NCBI GenBank assembly: GCA_021129555.1
Contig: JAJOKZ010000011.1
Span: 1 to 24,000, forward strand
DNA from: Minisyncoccota bacterium
GTDB lineage: Bacteria; Patescibacteriota; Minisyncoccia; Minisyncoccales; PEYH01
Direction of reading: 5' to 3'
Length of the DNA: 24,000 nucleotides
The notes under the pieces are model-generated. The model ran no database searches. It was not told the DNA's origin and saw nothing but the letters and a program-made list of their open reading frames with translations. Shown piece by piece: positions 1 through 8,881 of the stretch. Positions within the stretch are counted from its first letter, which is position 1. Each line of letters starts with the position of its first letter. The position numbers were made by a program, and so were the translations under genes.

Positions 1-4
1 GGTT

Positions 5-65
5 TTTCGGTGTCATTTTATATTGCACAAGCATTACCCTTTCGGTGTCATTTTACATTGCAGAA
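5..65 (+). repeat. Two 26-bp direct repeats (5-30 and 40-65, 24/26 identical, period 35 bp) just upstream of a -35 box. The core is TTTCGGTGTCATTTTAYATTGCA.
   Basis: Direct alignment at offset 35 gives mismatches only at 21/56 and 28/63. The series may continue beyond the left window edge. Confidence 0.8.
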
Positions 66-74
66 TACGCAAAG

Positions 75-104
75 TTGACAACTGTTAATTTTTGTTATTA
101 AATA
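75..104 (+). promoter_or_regulatory. Putative sigma70-type promoter of the nuclease operon
   Basis: Perfect TTGACA at 75-80. Candidate -10 elements are TGtTATTAA (93-101, 15-nt spacer) or TAAATA (99-104, 18-nt spacer). A leader of about 40 nt carries SD AAGGAGGTG at 131-139. Confidence 0.4.
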
Positions 105-143
105 GTTGATTGAAACAGCCCATTAAAAATAAGGAGGTGGAAA

Positions 144-1187
144 ATGGCGATTAAAGTTTCGGCGACCAAGCTTCTAACTTTTACTAAATGCCCTTGGAAG
201 TATTTTCTTATTTACGAATGTAAGCCGAGAATTGAAGTACCGATATCAATTTGGCTGGTTTTCGGGCAGGCGGTTCATCAACTTATTGCCAGCTTCTATC
301 GACTTTCTCCTGCACAAATGGCCCAAAGGATAAAAAGAGGAAAGACAATTCTTTACCCTACAACAAAAGAGAAAGCAATAAGAATGTGGCATACCCTTTT
401 CTCCGATGTTCTTAAAGAAAAAAATGCTGAGTTTTTTCATAGTCCTTGCCGAATTCGTTTCGACCGAAGCACACCAAAGGGAATAAAAGAAGAGAAAGAA
501 AAATTCAGAGCCTTGGGAGCTTCAATGATTGGAAAATACTGGAAGGACAACAAAGATGCTCCTCCGCCAATTGCTGTTGAAGCTCCATTCAGTAAAATTC
601 CTGCTCCAGATGTTGAAGAAAAACAAAGATACGATGTAGTCTTGGTTGGAACAATGGATCAAATAAGAGAAATTCCTTATCAGGGAGGACAAGGTAAAAA
701 TTGGTATATTTTGGATCTAAAAACTTCCTGGTATGATTTTGGAGAAGAGGACCCAAGAGTCCAATTTCCTGTTCATCGCGATCTTCAGTTCACCATTTAT
801 AGTTGGGCTTTCAGAGTAAAATATGGACGCAAAGAAGGAGGTATTATCCGTTATCCTTTAGGATATCGGGGAAAAAATCCAATCACCGGAGAGAAAATCG
901 ACAAAAGAGCCCTTATCACCCCAAGAGAAGATATCCACTTTTTAGAGCTTGGGCAGCTTATTGATTTCTTTCTCTCTTGCCAAAAAAGAGAAGACTTCTC
1001 CCGAATAATAGGCAAACATTGTGAGAGATGTGATTATCTTGAAATCTGCGCTCATCCTGAACTGATTATCGCAAAACCAATTCCTGTAAGTGAATTTGAC
1101 TGGGGAGAGGTAGATAGCGAAATAATCAAAAAACGGCTTGAGGAAGCTGCTCCTTTGAGAAAGTTTTCTCAGCCGAGATTGTTTTAA
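144..1187 (+). CDS. PD-(D/E)XK nuclease, Cas4/AddB-like, with a four-Cys Fe-S cluster arrangement
   Basis: An N-terminal Cys (TFTKCPWKYF) plus C-terminal CERCDYLEIC (Cx2Cx5C) gives four Cys. Nuclease core motifs are GTMDQI (Asp), ILDLKTS (D-x-K) and QFTIYSWAF (QxxxY). A strong SD, AAGGAGGTG, lies 4 nt before the ATG. Confidence 0.7.
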   Translation: MAIKVSATKLLTFTKCPWKYFLIYECKPRIEVPISIWLVFGQAVHQLIASFYRLSPAQMAQRIKRGKTILYPTTKEKAIRMWHTLFSDVLKEKNAEFFHSPCRIRFDRSTPKGIKEEKEKFRALGASMIGKYWKDNKDAPPPIAVEAPFSKIPAPDVEEKQRYDVVLVGTMDQIREIPYQGGQGKNWYILDLKTSWYDFGEEDPRVQFPVHRDLQFTIYSWAFRVKYGRKEGGIIRYPLGYRGKNPITGEKIDKRALITPREDIHFLELGQLIDFFLSCQKREDFSRIIGKHCERCDYLEICAHPELIIAKPIPVSEFDWGEVDSEIIKKRLEEAAPLRKFSQPRLF

Positions 1188-1198
1188 GGAGGTGCAAG

Positions 1199-1657
1199 AT
1201 GGTTGGTTTCCTAAAGAGGGCTTTTCTTTGGTGGCAGAGAAGAAAGGAAAAAGAAGGTTATTATTATAGGCCTGACAAGATCTTTAGAAATGGAGATTTA
1301 GAAATAGCAGTAAGAAAGATAGAGAGACCTCTACCAAGCCGATGGCTGAAATATGTAATACCTTCCTTTGTCATCATCATGAAGACTAACTGGCTAATCG
1401 CTGAAGAAGAAATCAATGAACGTTCAAACCATCCCTTGGCAAATGAGTTGAGAAAACTTAATCCCTCATCAACCACAGACTTAAGAGAACTTAGATTTTT
1501 AGGTTTCAGTATCTATGGAAACTCAGTAATGATCGAACCCCTCATGGGAGGAAATAAAAGAAAAGTTTGGAAAGTAGTTGGGGACATTGCAAGAGTCCTT
1601 TTTGAATGGGAGCTTCTCCGAAAAAAAGTGGCGGCGATGCTGATCGAGAATGAATAA
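1199..1657 (+). CDS. Hypothetical 152-aa protein, translationally coupled partner of the nuclease
   Basis: The ORF starts 11 nt after the upstream stop. It has the identical SD 9-mer AAGGAGGTG (1186-1194) overlapping that stop, and a hairpin terminator follows it. I recognise no family. Confidence 0.6.
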   Translation: MVGFLKRAFLWWQRRKEKEGYYYRPDKIFRNGDLEIAVRKIERPLPSRWLKYVIPSFVIIMKTNWLIAEEEINERSNHPLANELRKLNPSSTTDLRELRFLGFSIYGNSVMIEPLMGGNKRKVWKVVGDIARVLFEWELLRKKVAAMLIENE

Positions 1658-1667
1658 TTTGCTCTAA

Positions 1668-1697
1668 GCGCCTCTCTTTTGGGAGGCGCCTTTCTTT
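1668..1697 (+). terminator. Rho-independent terminator of the nuclease operon
   Basis: Stem GCGCCTC (1668-1674) pairs with GAGGCGC (1683-1689), followed by CTTTCTTT. Confidence 0.65.
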
Positions 1698-1714
1698 ACC
1701 AAAAGCAAAAACTG

Positions 1715-1723
1715 TGATATTCT
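1715..1723 (+). promoter_or_regulatory. Putative extended -10 (TGaTATTCT) for murD, 7 nt upstream of the ATG
   Basis: TG at 1715-1716 and hexamer TATTCT at 1718-1723, then 7 nt to ATG 1731. There is no SD. It shares the TGTGATA motif with the element at 20451-20457. Confidence 0.3.
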
Positions 1724-1730
1724 AAATAAA

Positions 1731-3089
1731 ATGAAGCTGAATTTATTAAAAGAGAAGAAAATTTTAATTTTAGGGCTCGGAAGGGAAGGGGAGTCAAGTT
1801 TTAAATTTTTAAGAAAGCAATTTCCCAAAAAAACAATTGGGGTAGCTGATCAGCTGAATTTTAACAGGCTTCCCGATAACATAAAAAAACTGATTAAAAA
1901 AGATAAAAACACAAGGTTTCATCTTGGGAAAAATTATCTTAAGGCCCTAAAAGACTATGAAATAATTATTAAAACCCCGGGGGTCCCTCTAAAAATTCTA
2001 GCACCTTATCTTTCAAAAAACCAAATTATTACAACCCAAACAGATATTTTTCTTGAGCAATACGCAAAACAAACCATTGGAATTACAGGAACAAAAGGGA
2101 AAAGCACAACCTCAAGTTTAATTTATCAAATTTTAAAAAAGGCAAAAAAAAGTGTTGAGTTAATTGGTAATATTGGAAGACCCCCTTTGAATTTTTTTGG
2201 AAAAAAGAGAGATTTTTTTGTCTTTGAGATGTCATGCCATCAGTTACAGGGATTGAAAATAAGTCCAAAAATTGCGGTATTTTTAAATATCTATCGGGAC
2301 CATCTTGATTATTACAGAAATTTTCAGGAATATTTTTCTGCCAGAAAAAATATAACTTACTGGCAAAAGGAAGGAGATGTTTTTGTGTTTAATTATGAAA
2401 TGAAAAAATTAAGAAATTTAGCAAAAAAGACAAAAGCATTAAAAATTCCATTTGGTGTTAAAAATAAAAAGGGTTGTTATTTAAAAAATAATTGGATCTA
2501 TTATGAGGGTAAAAAAATCATTCCCCCTGAAGTTATTCCGCTTAAAGGAAGGCATAACCTTTTTAATGTAATGGCCTCAGTTGCGGTGGCATCGCTTTTG
2601 GGAATAAAACCAAAAATTATAGAAAAGGCAATTAAAGAATTTAAACCACTTGAGCATAGATTAGAATTTGTTGGGGAATTTGGAGGGGTAAAATATTATA
2701 ATGACTCTATTGCTACTATCCCTGAAGCCACGATTGAGGCAATTAAAGCCCTATCAGATGTAGAAACTCTCATTCTTGGAGGATTTGAAAGGAAACAAAA
2801 TTTTAAAAATCTTCTGCATTTTATCTTAAAAAAGAAAATCAAAAATTTAATCCTTTTGCCCGAAACCGGAAAAAGAATTTATAAAGAATTGCAAAATATT
2901 AAAAAAAAGTGGGAGCCTAATTGTTTTCTTGCTAACAATATGAAAGAGGTGATAGAGATTGCAAAAAAAGTGACAAAAAAAGGCATTTGTCTTTTATCTC
3001 CTGCCTCTGCCAGTTTTGGGTTGTTTAAAGATTATAGAGATAGGGGGGAGCAATTTAAAAAATATCTTTATGAAATTTCAAAAAAATGA
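1731..3089 (+). CDS. murD: UDP-N-acetylmuramoyl-L-alanine--D-glutamate ligase (MurD)
   Basis: N-terminal Rossmann motif ILILGLGREG, Mur ligase P-loop GITGTKGKSTT, DHLDYY, and NDSIATIPEAT near the C-terminal domain. It sits directly before ftsW-murG. Confidence 0.9.
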   Translation: MKLNLLKEKKILILGLGREGESSFKFLRKQFPKKTIGVADQLNFNRLPDNIKKLIKKDKNTRFHLGKNYLKALKDYEIIIKTPGVPLKILAPYLSKNQIITTQTDIFLEQYAKQTIGITGTKGKSTTSSLIYQILKKAKKSVELIGNIGRPPLNFFGKKRDFFVFEMSCHQLQGLKISPKIAVFLNIYRDHLDYYRNFQEYFSARKNITYWQKEGDVFVFNYEMKKLRNLAKKTKALKIPFGVKNKKGCYLKNNWIYYEGKKIIPPEVIPLKGRHNLFNVMASVAVASLLGIKPKIIEKAIKEFKPLEHRLEFVGEFGGVKYYNDSIATIPEATIEAIKALSDVETLILGGFERKQNFKNLLHFILKKKIKNLILLPETGKRIYKELQNIKKKWEPNCFLANNMKEVIEIAKKVTKKGICLLSPASASFGLFKDYRDRGEQFKKYLYEISKK

Positions 3090-4177
3090 AATTCCAAAAA
3101 AAACCAGATTATATCCTTCTAACCACTTTAGTGCTTTTAAATTTAATTGGTTTGATATCGCTGGCAGGGGCATCGAGTGCTAAATCATTGCAACTCACAG
3201 GAAAACCAACACATTTTTTATTTCACCAGATACTATATGGTCTTTTACCGGGCATAATTTTGGGTTTTGTTTTTTATAAAATTGATTTAAATTTTGTAAA
3301 AAAGATGTCTTTTTGGTTTTTTCTCTTTGCTATCTTTCTAACTCTTTTGGTCTTTGTGCCAAAAATAGGTATTGCTCTTTTTGGAAGTAGAAGATGGATA
3401 AGAATTTTTGGCTTCACTTTTCAGCCATCAGAATTATTGAAATTAGGTTTTTTAATTTATCTTTCTTCCTGGCTGGCAAAATATAAAGATCAAGAGCATA
3501 AAATAAAAAATCTATTGATTCCTTTTCTTGTGATTTTGGCAATCCTGAGTCTAATTTTTATCTTTCAGCCAGATATCAGCACCCTTGTAATCTTTGGAAT
3601 TCTTGGAAGTATTTTATATTTTTGTGCAAAAACCCCGATATCCCATATAGTAATTTTGGGTGGAATTGGGGCGGTGGCTCTTTTGATTCTAATTTTCCTT
3701 GCCCCTTATAGACTTAATCGTCTTCTTGTTTTTCTAAACCCAGAAATGGATCCTTTAGGAAAAGGTTATCATATAAAACAATCATTGATTGCTGTGGGGT
3801 CTGGGGGGTTGTTTGGAAAAGGATTAGGTCTTGGAGTCCAAAAATTGGGGTTTTTGCCCCACCCTATGACAGATTCTATTTTTGCTGTCCTTGGGGAAGA
3901 GATAGGTTTTTTGGGCCTTTTTACAATTATTTGCCTGTTTTTAATCTTTGCCTGGAGGGGCTTTAGAGTTGCAAAAACACAAAAAGATGAATTTAAAAAA
4001 CTTCTATCTGTTGGAATTACCTCCTGGATTACAATCCAGGCCTTTATAAATATGGGGGCAATGATTGGAGTTTTACCTCTAACCGGAATACCTCTTCCGT
4101 TTTTAAGTTATGGAGGGTCGGCTCTCTTTTGTGGGTTAATGGCAATAGGGTTATTATTAAATATAACCAAAAAATAA
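3086..4177 (+). CDS. ftsW: SEDS-family peptidoglycan polymerase FtsW/RodA
   Basis: A polytopic membrane protein with FtsW/RodA/SpoVE-type motifs (QPSELLK, PDISTL, THIPEPHTD-like LPHPMTDSIFAVLGEE, GIPLPFLSYGGS). It has an ATGA overlap with murD and lies between murD and murG. Confidence 0.9.
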   Translation: MKFQKKPDYILLTTLVLLNLIGLISLAGASSAKSLQLTGKPTHFLFHQILYGLLPGIILGFVFYKIDLNFVKKMSFWFFLFAIFLTLLVFVPKIGIALFGSRRWIRIFGFTFQPSELLKLGFLIYLSSWLAKYKDQEHKIKNLLIPFLVILAILSLIFIFQPDISTLVIFGILGSILYFCAKTPISHIVILGGIGAVALLILIFLAPYRLNRLLVFLNPEMDPLGKGYHIKQSLIAVGSGGLFGKGLGLGVQKLGFLPHPMTDSIFAVLGEEIGFLGLFTIICLFLIFAWRGFRVAKTQKDEFKKLLSVGITSWITIQAFINMGAMIGVLPLTGIPLPFLSYGGSALFCGLMAIGLLLNITKK

Positions 4178-4182
4178 AAATT

Positions 4183-5367
4183 ATGAGGATAGTATTTTGC
4201 GGTGGAGGAACAGGAGGGCATACTTTTCCAATAATTGCAATTATAAGGGAATTAAAAAAATCTTCCTTCTCTTCTAATTTAGAATTTTTTTACATTGGTC
4301 CAAAAGATTCCTTTCTGGAAAATTTAATAAAAAAAGGGGTGAAAGTGAAAACAATAAAGGCGGGGAAAATTAGAAGATATATAACTCCTGTATCAGTTTT
4401 TTCAAATTTTTTGAATATTTTTAAAATTGCGGGTGGTTGTATTCAGGCGTATTTGTATCTTGGCCAAATTAAACCAAGATTAATTTTCAGCAAGGGAGGA
4501 TATGGATCTTTACCAGTTGTTCTTGCGGGCTCACATTTAGATATCCCTATATTTTTGCATGAATCTGATACAATTCCGGGCTGGACAAACAGAATTACTG
4601 CAAAATACGCAAAAAGAATATTCTTGGCTTTTCCTCAAAAATATACAAAAGGTTTCCCAAAAAAGATCCCCCAAAATAGATTTCTCTTTGTTGGAAATCC
4701 CATAAGAGAGGAAATTACAAAGGGTGACAAAGAGGCAGGAAAAAAAATTTTTAATCTTACAGATGAAAAACCAGTCCTTTTGATACTGGGGGGCTCACAG
4801 GGGGCCCAAAGAATTAATGATGTAATTCTTTTGTGTCTTTTGGATATTTTAAAACTCTTTGAAGTCATTCATCAATGCGGAAAGAATAATTTGGAAGAAA
4901 TGGAGCTTCAAACAAAGGTAATTTTTCAAAAAAATGAGGATTTAAAAAAATATTACCATCTATATGGATTTTTGGATGAGGAAAAATTAAAACATGCCTA
5001 CAAAGTTGCTGATCTTGTAATCTCAAGGGCCGGCGCTGGTTCAATTTTTGAAATTTTGGCAAACGGTCTTCCGTCAATTTTGGTTCCTTTGCCTGAATCT
5101 GCCCAGAATCATCAAAGGGAAAACGCATATTTAATTGAAAAATTTGGGGCTTCTCTTGTAATTGAACAGACAAACTTCAAACCCCATTTCTTGCTAAAAA
5201 AACTTTATTTGTTTTTCTCAAAGCCTGAACTTTTAAAGGAGATGCGAAAAAAAGCCAAAAAGTTGGCTATTCCTAATTCTGCAAAACTTATTGCAAAATA
5301 TATTTTAGAAGAACTTGGGTTTATTGATTTTAAAAACTCAAGGCCTTACAATAAAATAAATGGCTGA
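4183..5367 (+). CDS. murG: Undecaprenyldiphospho-muramoylpentapeptide beta-N-acetylglucosaminyltransferase (MurG)
   Basis: The N-terminus MRIVFCGGGTGGHTFP is typical of MurG. The C-terminal domain has GGSQGA and SRAGAGSIFE. I chose ATG 4183 over the ORF-track start 4129, which would overlap the ftsW tail. Confidence 0.9.
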   Translation: MRIVFCGGGTGGHTFPIIAIIRELKKSSFSSNLEFFYIGPKDSFLENLIKKGVKVKTIKAGKIRRYITPVSVFSNFLNIFKIAGGCIQAYLYLGQIKPRLIFSKGGYGSLPVVLAGSHLDIPIFLHESDTIPGWTNRITAKYAKRIFLAFPQKYTKGFPKKIPQNRFLFVGNPIREEITKGDKEAGKKIFNLTDEKPVLLILGGSQGAQRINDVILLCLLDILKLFEVIHQCGKNNLEEMELQTKVIFQKNEDLKKYYHLYGFLDEEKLKHAYKVADLVISRAGAGSIFEILANGLPSILVPLPESAQNHQRENAYLIEKFGASLVIEQTNFKPHFLLKKLYLFFSKPELLKEMRKKAKKLAIPNSAKLIAKYILEELGFIDFKNSRPYNKING

Positions 5368-6940
5368 ATTAGAGCTCAAAATAGAAAAACCAAGGGTAAG
5401 AATTGCCCCATCTCCCACAGGACCACTTCATATAGGAACTGCAAGAACTGCCCTCTTTAATTATCTTTTTGCCAAAAGATATGGCGGTGTTTTTATTTTG
5501 AGAATTGAGGATACAGATTTGGAAAGATCAAAAAAAGAATGGGAGAAAGATATAATGGAGGAGTTAAAATGGCTGGGGCTTGAGTGGGATGAGGGGCCTC
5601 TTCTTGAAAAAGAAGGATATATTGGTGATTTTGGCCCGTATAGACAAAGTGAAAGAAGAGAAATTTATAAAAAATATATTCAAAAACTATTAGATGAAGG
5701 GAGGGCTTATTATTGCTTTTGCACCCCAGAGGAACTAAAGGCAAAGAGGCAATATTTTATGAGTATAGGACAACCTCCACGCTATAATGGAAAATGTAGA
5801 AATTTAACAAAAAAGGAGATTGAGGAATGTCTTGTTCAAAAAAAACCATATGTAATAAGATTTAAAAATCCAAATAAAAAAGTTGTATTTGTTGATTTAA
5901 TTCACGGGAAAATTGAAACCGACTCTTCAGAATTTGGCGATATTGTAATTGCCAAGGATGAACAAACTCCTCTTTACAATTTGGCAGCAGTTATTGATGA
6001 TTTTGAAATGAAAATTACTCATGTAATCAGGGGAGAGGATCATATTCCAAATACTCCAAAACAAATTCTTTTATATGAAGCACTGGGCTTACCCTCTCCA
6101 AAATTTGCTCATCTTCCTTTAATTTTGGGCTCTGATAGAAGCAAATTAAGTAAAAGACACGGAGCAGTTGCCCTAAAAGAATATAAAAAAGAAGGTTTTT
6201 TGCCAGAGGCATTAATTAATTTTATGGCATTTCTGGGCTGGAATCCTGATCAAGACAGGGAGATTTATTCTTTAAGATCGCTTATTAAGGAATTTTCTTT
6301 GGAGAAATGTCAAAAATCACCTGCCATTTTTAATAAGAAAAAATTGGTCTGGTACAACGGCTTCTATATTCGACAAAAAAATATAGATAAATTAACTCAA
6401 CTTTGTCTGCCTTATTTAATTGAGGCGGAATTAGTTGTCCCTCAAATTGAAAGCAAAAAATACCCCCCGGTTTTTGGAGCGGATACTATAAGCCAAATTT
6501 TTGTTATCAAAGATACAGGAGAGATTATTGAGTTTGATAAAATTAAAAAAATTATTGCAATCTATCAAGAAAGGCTCAAGGTACTTTCTGAACTTCCAGA
6601 ACTTGTTGATTTCTTTTTTAAGAGAGAAATTGTCTACCCAAAAGAATTATTAAAATGGAAAGATGCAGAAGATAAAGATATCCTTTCTGCTCTTAGAAAA
6701 GCAGAAAAAGTATTAAAAGAAATAGAGGAGGAAAATTGGGGGGCAGAATTTCTAAAAAAAGTATTGGTAGAGGAGGCAGAGAGGTTTAAAGTAGGGGATA
6801 GAGGATATTTTCTCTGGCCAATAAGGGTTGCTTTAACCGGGAAAGAAGCCTCTGCTCCTCCTTTTAAGATAGCGGAAATTCTTGGCAAAGAAAAAGCAAT
6901 AATAAGAATTAAAAGAGCACAAGAATTGCTTAAATTATGA
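5360..6940 (+). CDS. gltX: Glutamate--tRNA ligase
   Basis: Class I HIGH motif (PLHIGTARTALFNY) and KMSKS motif (KLSKRHG). It overlaps the murG stop by 8 nt. Confidence 0.93.
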   Translation: MAELELKIEKPRVRIAPSPTGPLHIGTARTALFNYLFAKRYGGVFILRIEDTDLERSKKEWEKDIMEELKWLGLEWDEGPLLEKEGYIGDFGPYRQSERREIYKKYIQKLLDEGRAYYCFCTPEELKAKRQYFMSIGQPPRYNGKCRNLTKKEIEECLVQKKPYVIRFKNPNKKVVFVDLIHGKIETDSSEFGDIVIAKDEQTPLYNLAAVIDDFEMKITHVIRGEDHIPNTPKQILLYEALGLPSPKFAHLPLILGSDRSKLSKRHGAVALKEYKKEGFLPEALINFMAFLGWNPDQDREIYSLRSLIKEFSLEKCQKSPAIFNKKKLVWYNGFYIRQKNIDKLTQLCLPYLIEAELVVPQIESKKYPPVFGADTISQIFVIKDTGEIIEFDKIKKIIAIYQERLKVLSELPELVDFFFKREIVYPKELLKWKDAEDKDILSALRKAEKVLKEIEEENWGAEFLKKVLVEEAERFKVGDRGYFLWPIRVALTGKEASAPPFKIAEILGKEKAIIRIKRAQELLKL

Positions 6941-7257
6941 AAAAACAAAAGAGGAGGGAACTGACAATTTTCTTTTTAGTTCTTGTTGTTTTAATATCTT
7001 TTTTCCCATTGTTTTTATCTGCTCAAATTTCACCCCCAGAAAAAGAAGAGGTAAAGAACCTTACCCAAAGAATAGCTACCTCAACAAAGCCATTTTTTGG
7101 TTTTTTTGAAGATTTTTGGTCTCAAAAATTTGTTCCATTCTTTTTAGATTCGGGAGAAAAAATTAAAATTTGGTGGCAGAAAAAAGCAAAATTTGAAATT
7201 ATAAATTGGGGGAAGAGAGTTATTTTATTTTTTGAAAAAGAGGTGGTGATAGAGTAA
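6937..7257 (+). CDS. Hypothetical small secreted or membrane-anchored protein (106 aa)
   Basis: ATGA overlap with gltX. The basic N-terminus plus hydrophobic stretch (LTIFFLVLVVLISFFPLFLSAQ) looks like a signal peptide or anchor. No family recognised. Confidence 0.5.
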   Translation: MKKQKRRELTIFFLVLVVLISFFPLFLSAQISPPEKEEVKNLTQRIATSTKPFFGFFEDFWSQKFVPFFLDSGEKIKIWWQKKAKFEIINWGKRVILFFEKEVVIE

Positions 7258-7262
7258 AAATC

Positions 7263-7292
7263 TTGACAGGGAAGATTAATCTACAATAAAAT
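7263..7292 (+). promoter_or_regulatory. Putative promoter of the recombinase gene
   Basis: TTGACA at 7263-7268, an 18-nt spacer, and TAAAAT at 7287-7292. A second perfect TATAAT (7302-7307) lies inside the imperfect inverted repeat GAGTATAA-N6-TTACACTC (7299-7320). Confidence 0.45.
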
Positions 7293-7337
7293 AAAAATGA
7301 GTATAATATCTCTTACACTCATCGAAAAGAGCAAATT

Positions 7338-8282
7338 ATGAGCAAAATACTCCTGCCCCATTTTGATGATTTTCTTTTAAACCTCCAGACAAATAACTAT
7401 TCAGAGGAGACTATCTATAATTACGAAAGAGATTTGGAAACTTTTCAAAAATTTTTAAATGAAATCAATTGTAAATTTGAGAAGGTAGATAAAAAAACTA
7501 TTTTAAACTACAAAGCTTATCTTACTTCTTTAGATCGCAAAACTCCAAAAAATGCTGTAGGCAAAAAACGCCTAGGCAGTTTTTCTGTTAACCGAATGCT
7601 TTCTTCTTTAAGGTCTTATTTAAAGTTTTTAATTGACATTGATTACCCGGCACCAATCGCACCAGAAATCATTAAATTAGTAAAAACGGAGAGAAAACAT
7701 CCCCGAGTCCCTGACTTTGAAGAAATTATAAAAATTTTAGAGGCACCTGACAAACTTGAAAGAAATAAATTTGTAAAACTTCGTAACCGAGCAATGCTTG
7801 AAACATTGTTTGCAACCGGCATGCGAATTTCAGAACTACTAAACCTAAAAAAGACTGATATTGATAAAAGCGGTCGGATTTTTATTAAAGGGAAAGGCAA
7901 AAAAGAAAGATTTGTATATCTTACCCCTCGGGCTATGAAATATATCAAAAAATATTTGGATTACCGAGGCGAGGATAATTTTCCCTATCTTTTTATTCCA
8001 CGACGCGGCAAACGCGCAAAAGATAAAAACAAAAAAATAGCCCCAAATTATTTACAAGAAAGAATTAAAAGATATCGCGAGTTGTCAGGCATTAATGTTC
8101 CGATTTCGTGTCACACTCTACGACATGCTTTTGCCACTTATTTAGCAGAAAGTGGAGCTAACCCTGCAGCAATTCAGATTTTATTAGGCCATGAATCACT
8201 TGATACTACTACTCGTTATGTTCATGCTTCAGACAGATACGCAGAAAAAATTCATCGAAAATACCACCCGTTAAAAGAATAA
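7338..8282 (+). CDS. Tyrosine site-specific recombinase, XerC/XerD-like
   Basis: An N-terminal SAM-like core-binding domain, plus the catalytic residues R (ATGMRISE), HxxR (HTLRHAFATYL) and H...Y (LGHESLDTTTRYVH). Confidence 0.85.
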   Translation: MSKILLPHFDDFLLNLQTNNYSEETIYNYERDLETFQKFLNEINCKFEKVDKKTILNYKAYLTSLDRKTPKNAVGKKRLGSFSVNRMLSSLRSYLKFLIDIDYPAPIAPEIIKLVKTERKHPRVPDFEEIIKILEAPDKLERNKFVKLRNRAMLETLFATGMRISELLNLKKTDIDKSGRIFIKGKGKKERFVYLTPRAMKYIKKYLDYRGEDNFPYLFIPRRGKRAKDKNKKIAPNYLQERIKRYRELSGINVPISCHTLRHAFATYLAESGANPAAIQILLGHESLDTTTRYVHASDRYAEKIHRKYHPLKE

Positions 8283-8350
8283 CTAACCGGTTCTTTTTAA
8301 TGTTCTCCTTTCATTATAACTCTTATTTTGTTTTTGTCAAGTATTTGTAT

Positions 8351-8860
8351 TCAGTTAAGCAAATTTACTACTTTCTCAAAACTCAAACGAAACCAAACTG
8401 TATATTTTTCTGGATTTTCTTTTAAATCTCTCAATACCTCATCAATTTTTACCCACTTCCATTCCTCTACTTCGTCTGGATTGGGGCAAACTTCTCCTTC
8501 ATAGCATCCCACCACTACATAATCTTTCTCATATTCTTTTATCTTGCCAAAATCTGCCTTGTATATAAAAGAAAATAATTCTTTTAATTCGCAATCAAAG
8601 CCCATCTCTTCTTTTAATCTTCTGTGTGCTGCTTCCATTAATTTCTCCCCTACTCTTGGATGTGAGCAACAGGTATTTGTCCAAAGTCCACCTGAATGAT
8701 ATTTATTTTTGTGTCTTTTTTGAAGGAGAATTTTCTCTTTTTTTGGATCAAAAATAAATATCGAAAAGGCCCGATGCAAAAGTCCTTTTTTGTGAATTTC
8801 TATTTTCTCCCCCTCCCCTATCTTATTATCATTTTCATCAACAAGAATAATTTTCTCCAT
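8351..8860 (-). CDS. idi: Isopentenyl-diphosphate delta-isomerase, type 1 (Nudix fold)
   Basis: LHRAFSIFIF and WTNTCCSHP match the type-1 IDI signature. A Nudix-like EE..REL stretch (RRLKEEMGF) is present. The gene is adjacent to uppS. Confidence 0.85.
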   Translation of the reverse strand: MEKIILVDENDNKIGEGEKIEIHKKGLLHRAFSIFIFDPKKEKILLQKRHKNKYHSGGLWTNTCCSHPRVGEKLMEAAHRRLKEEMGFDCELKELFSFIYKADFGKIKEYEKDYVVVGCYEGEVCPNPDEVEEWKWVKIDEVLRDLKENPEKYTVWFRLSFEKVVNLLN

Positions 8861-8881
8861 TTTTTAAAAAATTAATTTAAT

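Noticed and set aside
5-65. The repeats next to a Cas4-like gene could be the end of a CRISPR array.
   Set aside because: Only two copies are visible, with a 35-bp period and a spacer of about 9 nt, far shorter than CRISPR spacers. No other cas genes are present. An array continuing beyond the left edge cannot be excluded.
4129-4182. A longer MurG N-terminus from the ORF-track start at 4129.
   Set aside because: It would overlap the ftsW 3' end by 49 nt and add a non-MurG-like peptide. ATG 4183 gives the canonical MRIVFCGGGTGGH N-terminus.
7338-8282. The tyrosine recombinase as the integrase of an island inserted at tRNA-Lys.
   Set aside because: It lies 6 kb from the tRNA with housekeeping genes between them (idi, uppS, rpmA, rplI and others). 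I found no repeat of the tRNA 3' end. Its domain layout is XerC/D-like rather than phage-integrase-like.
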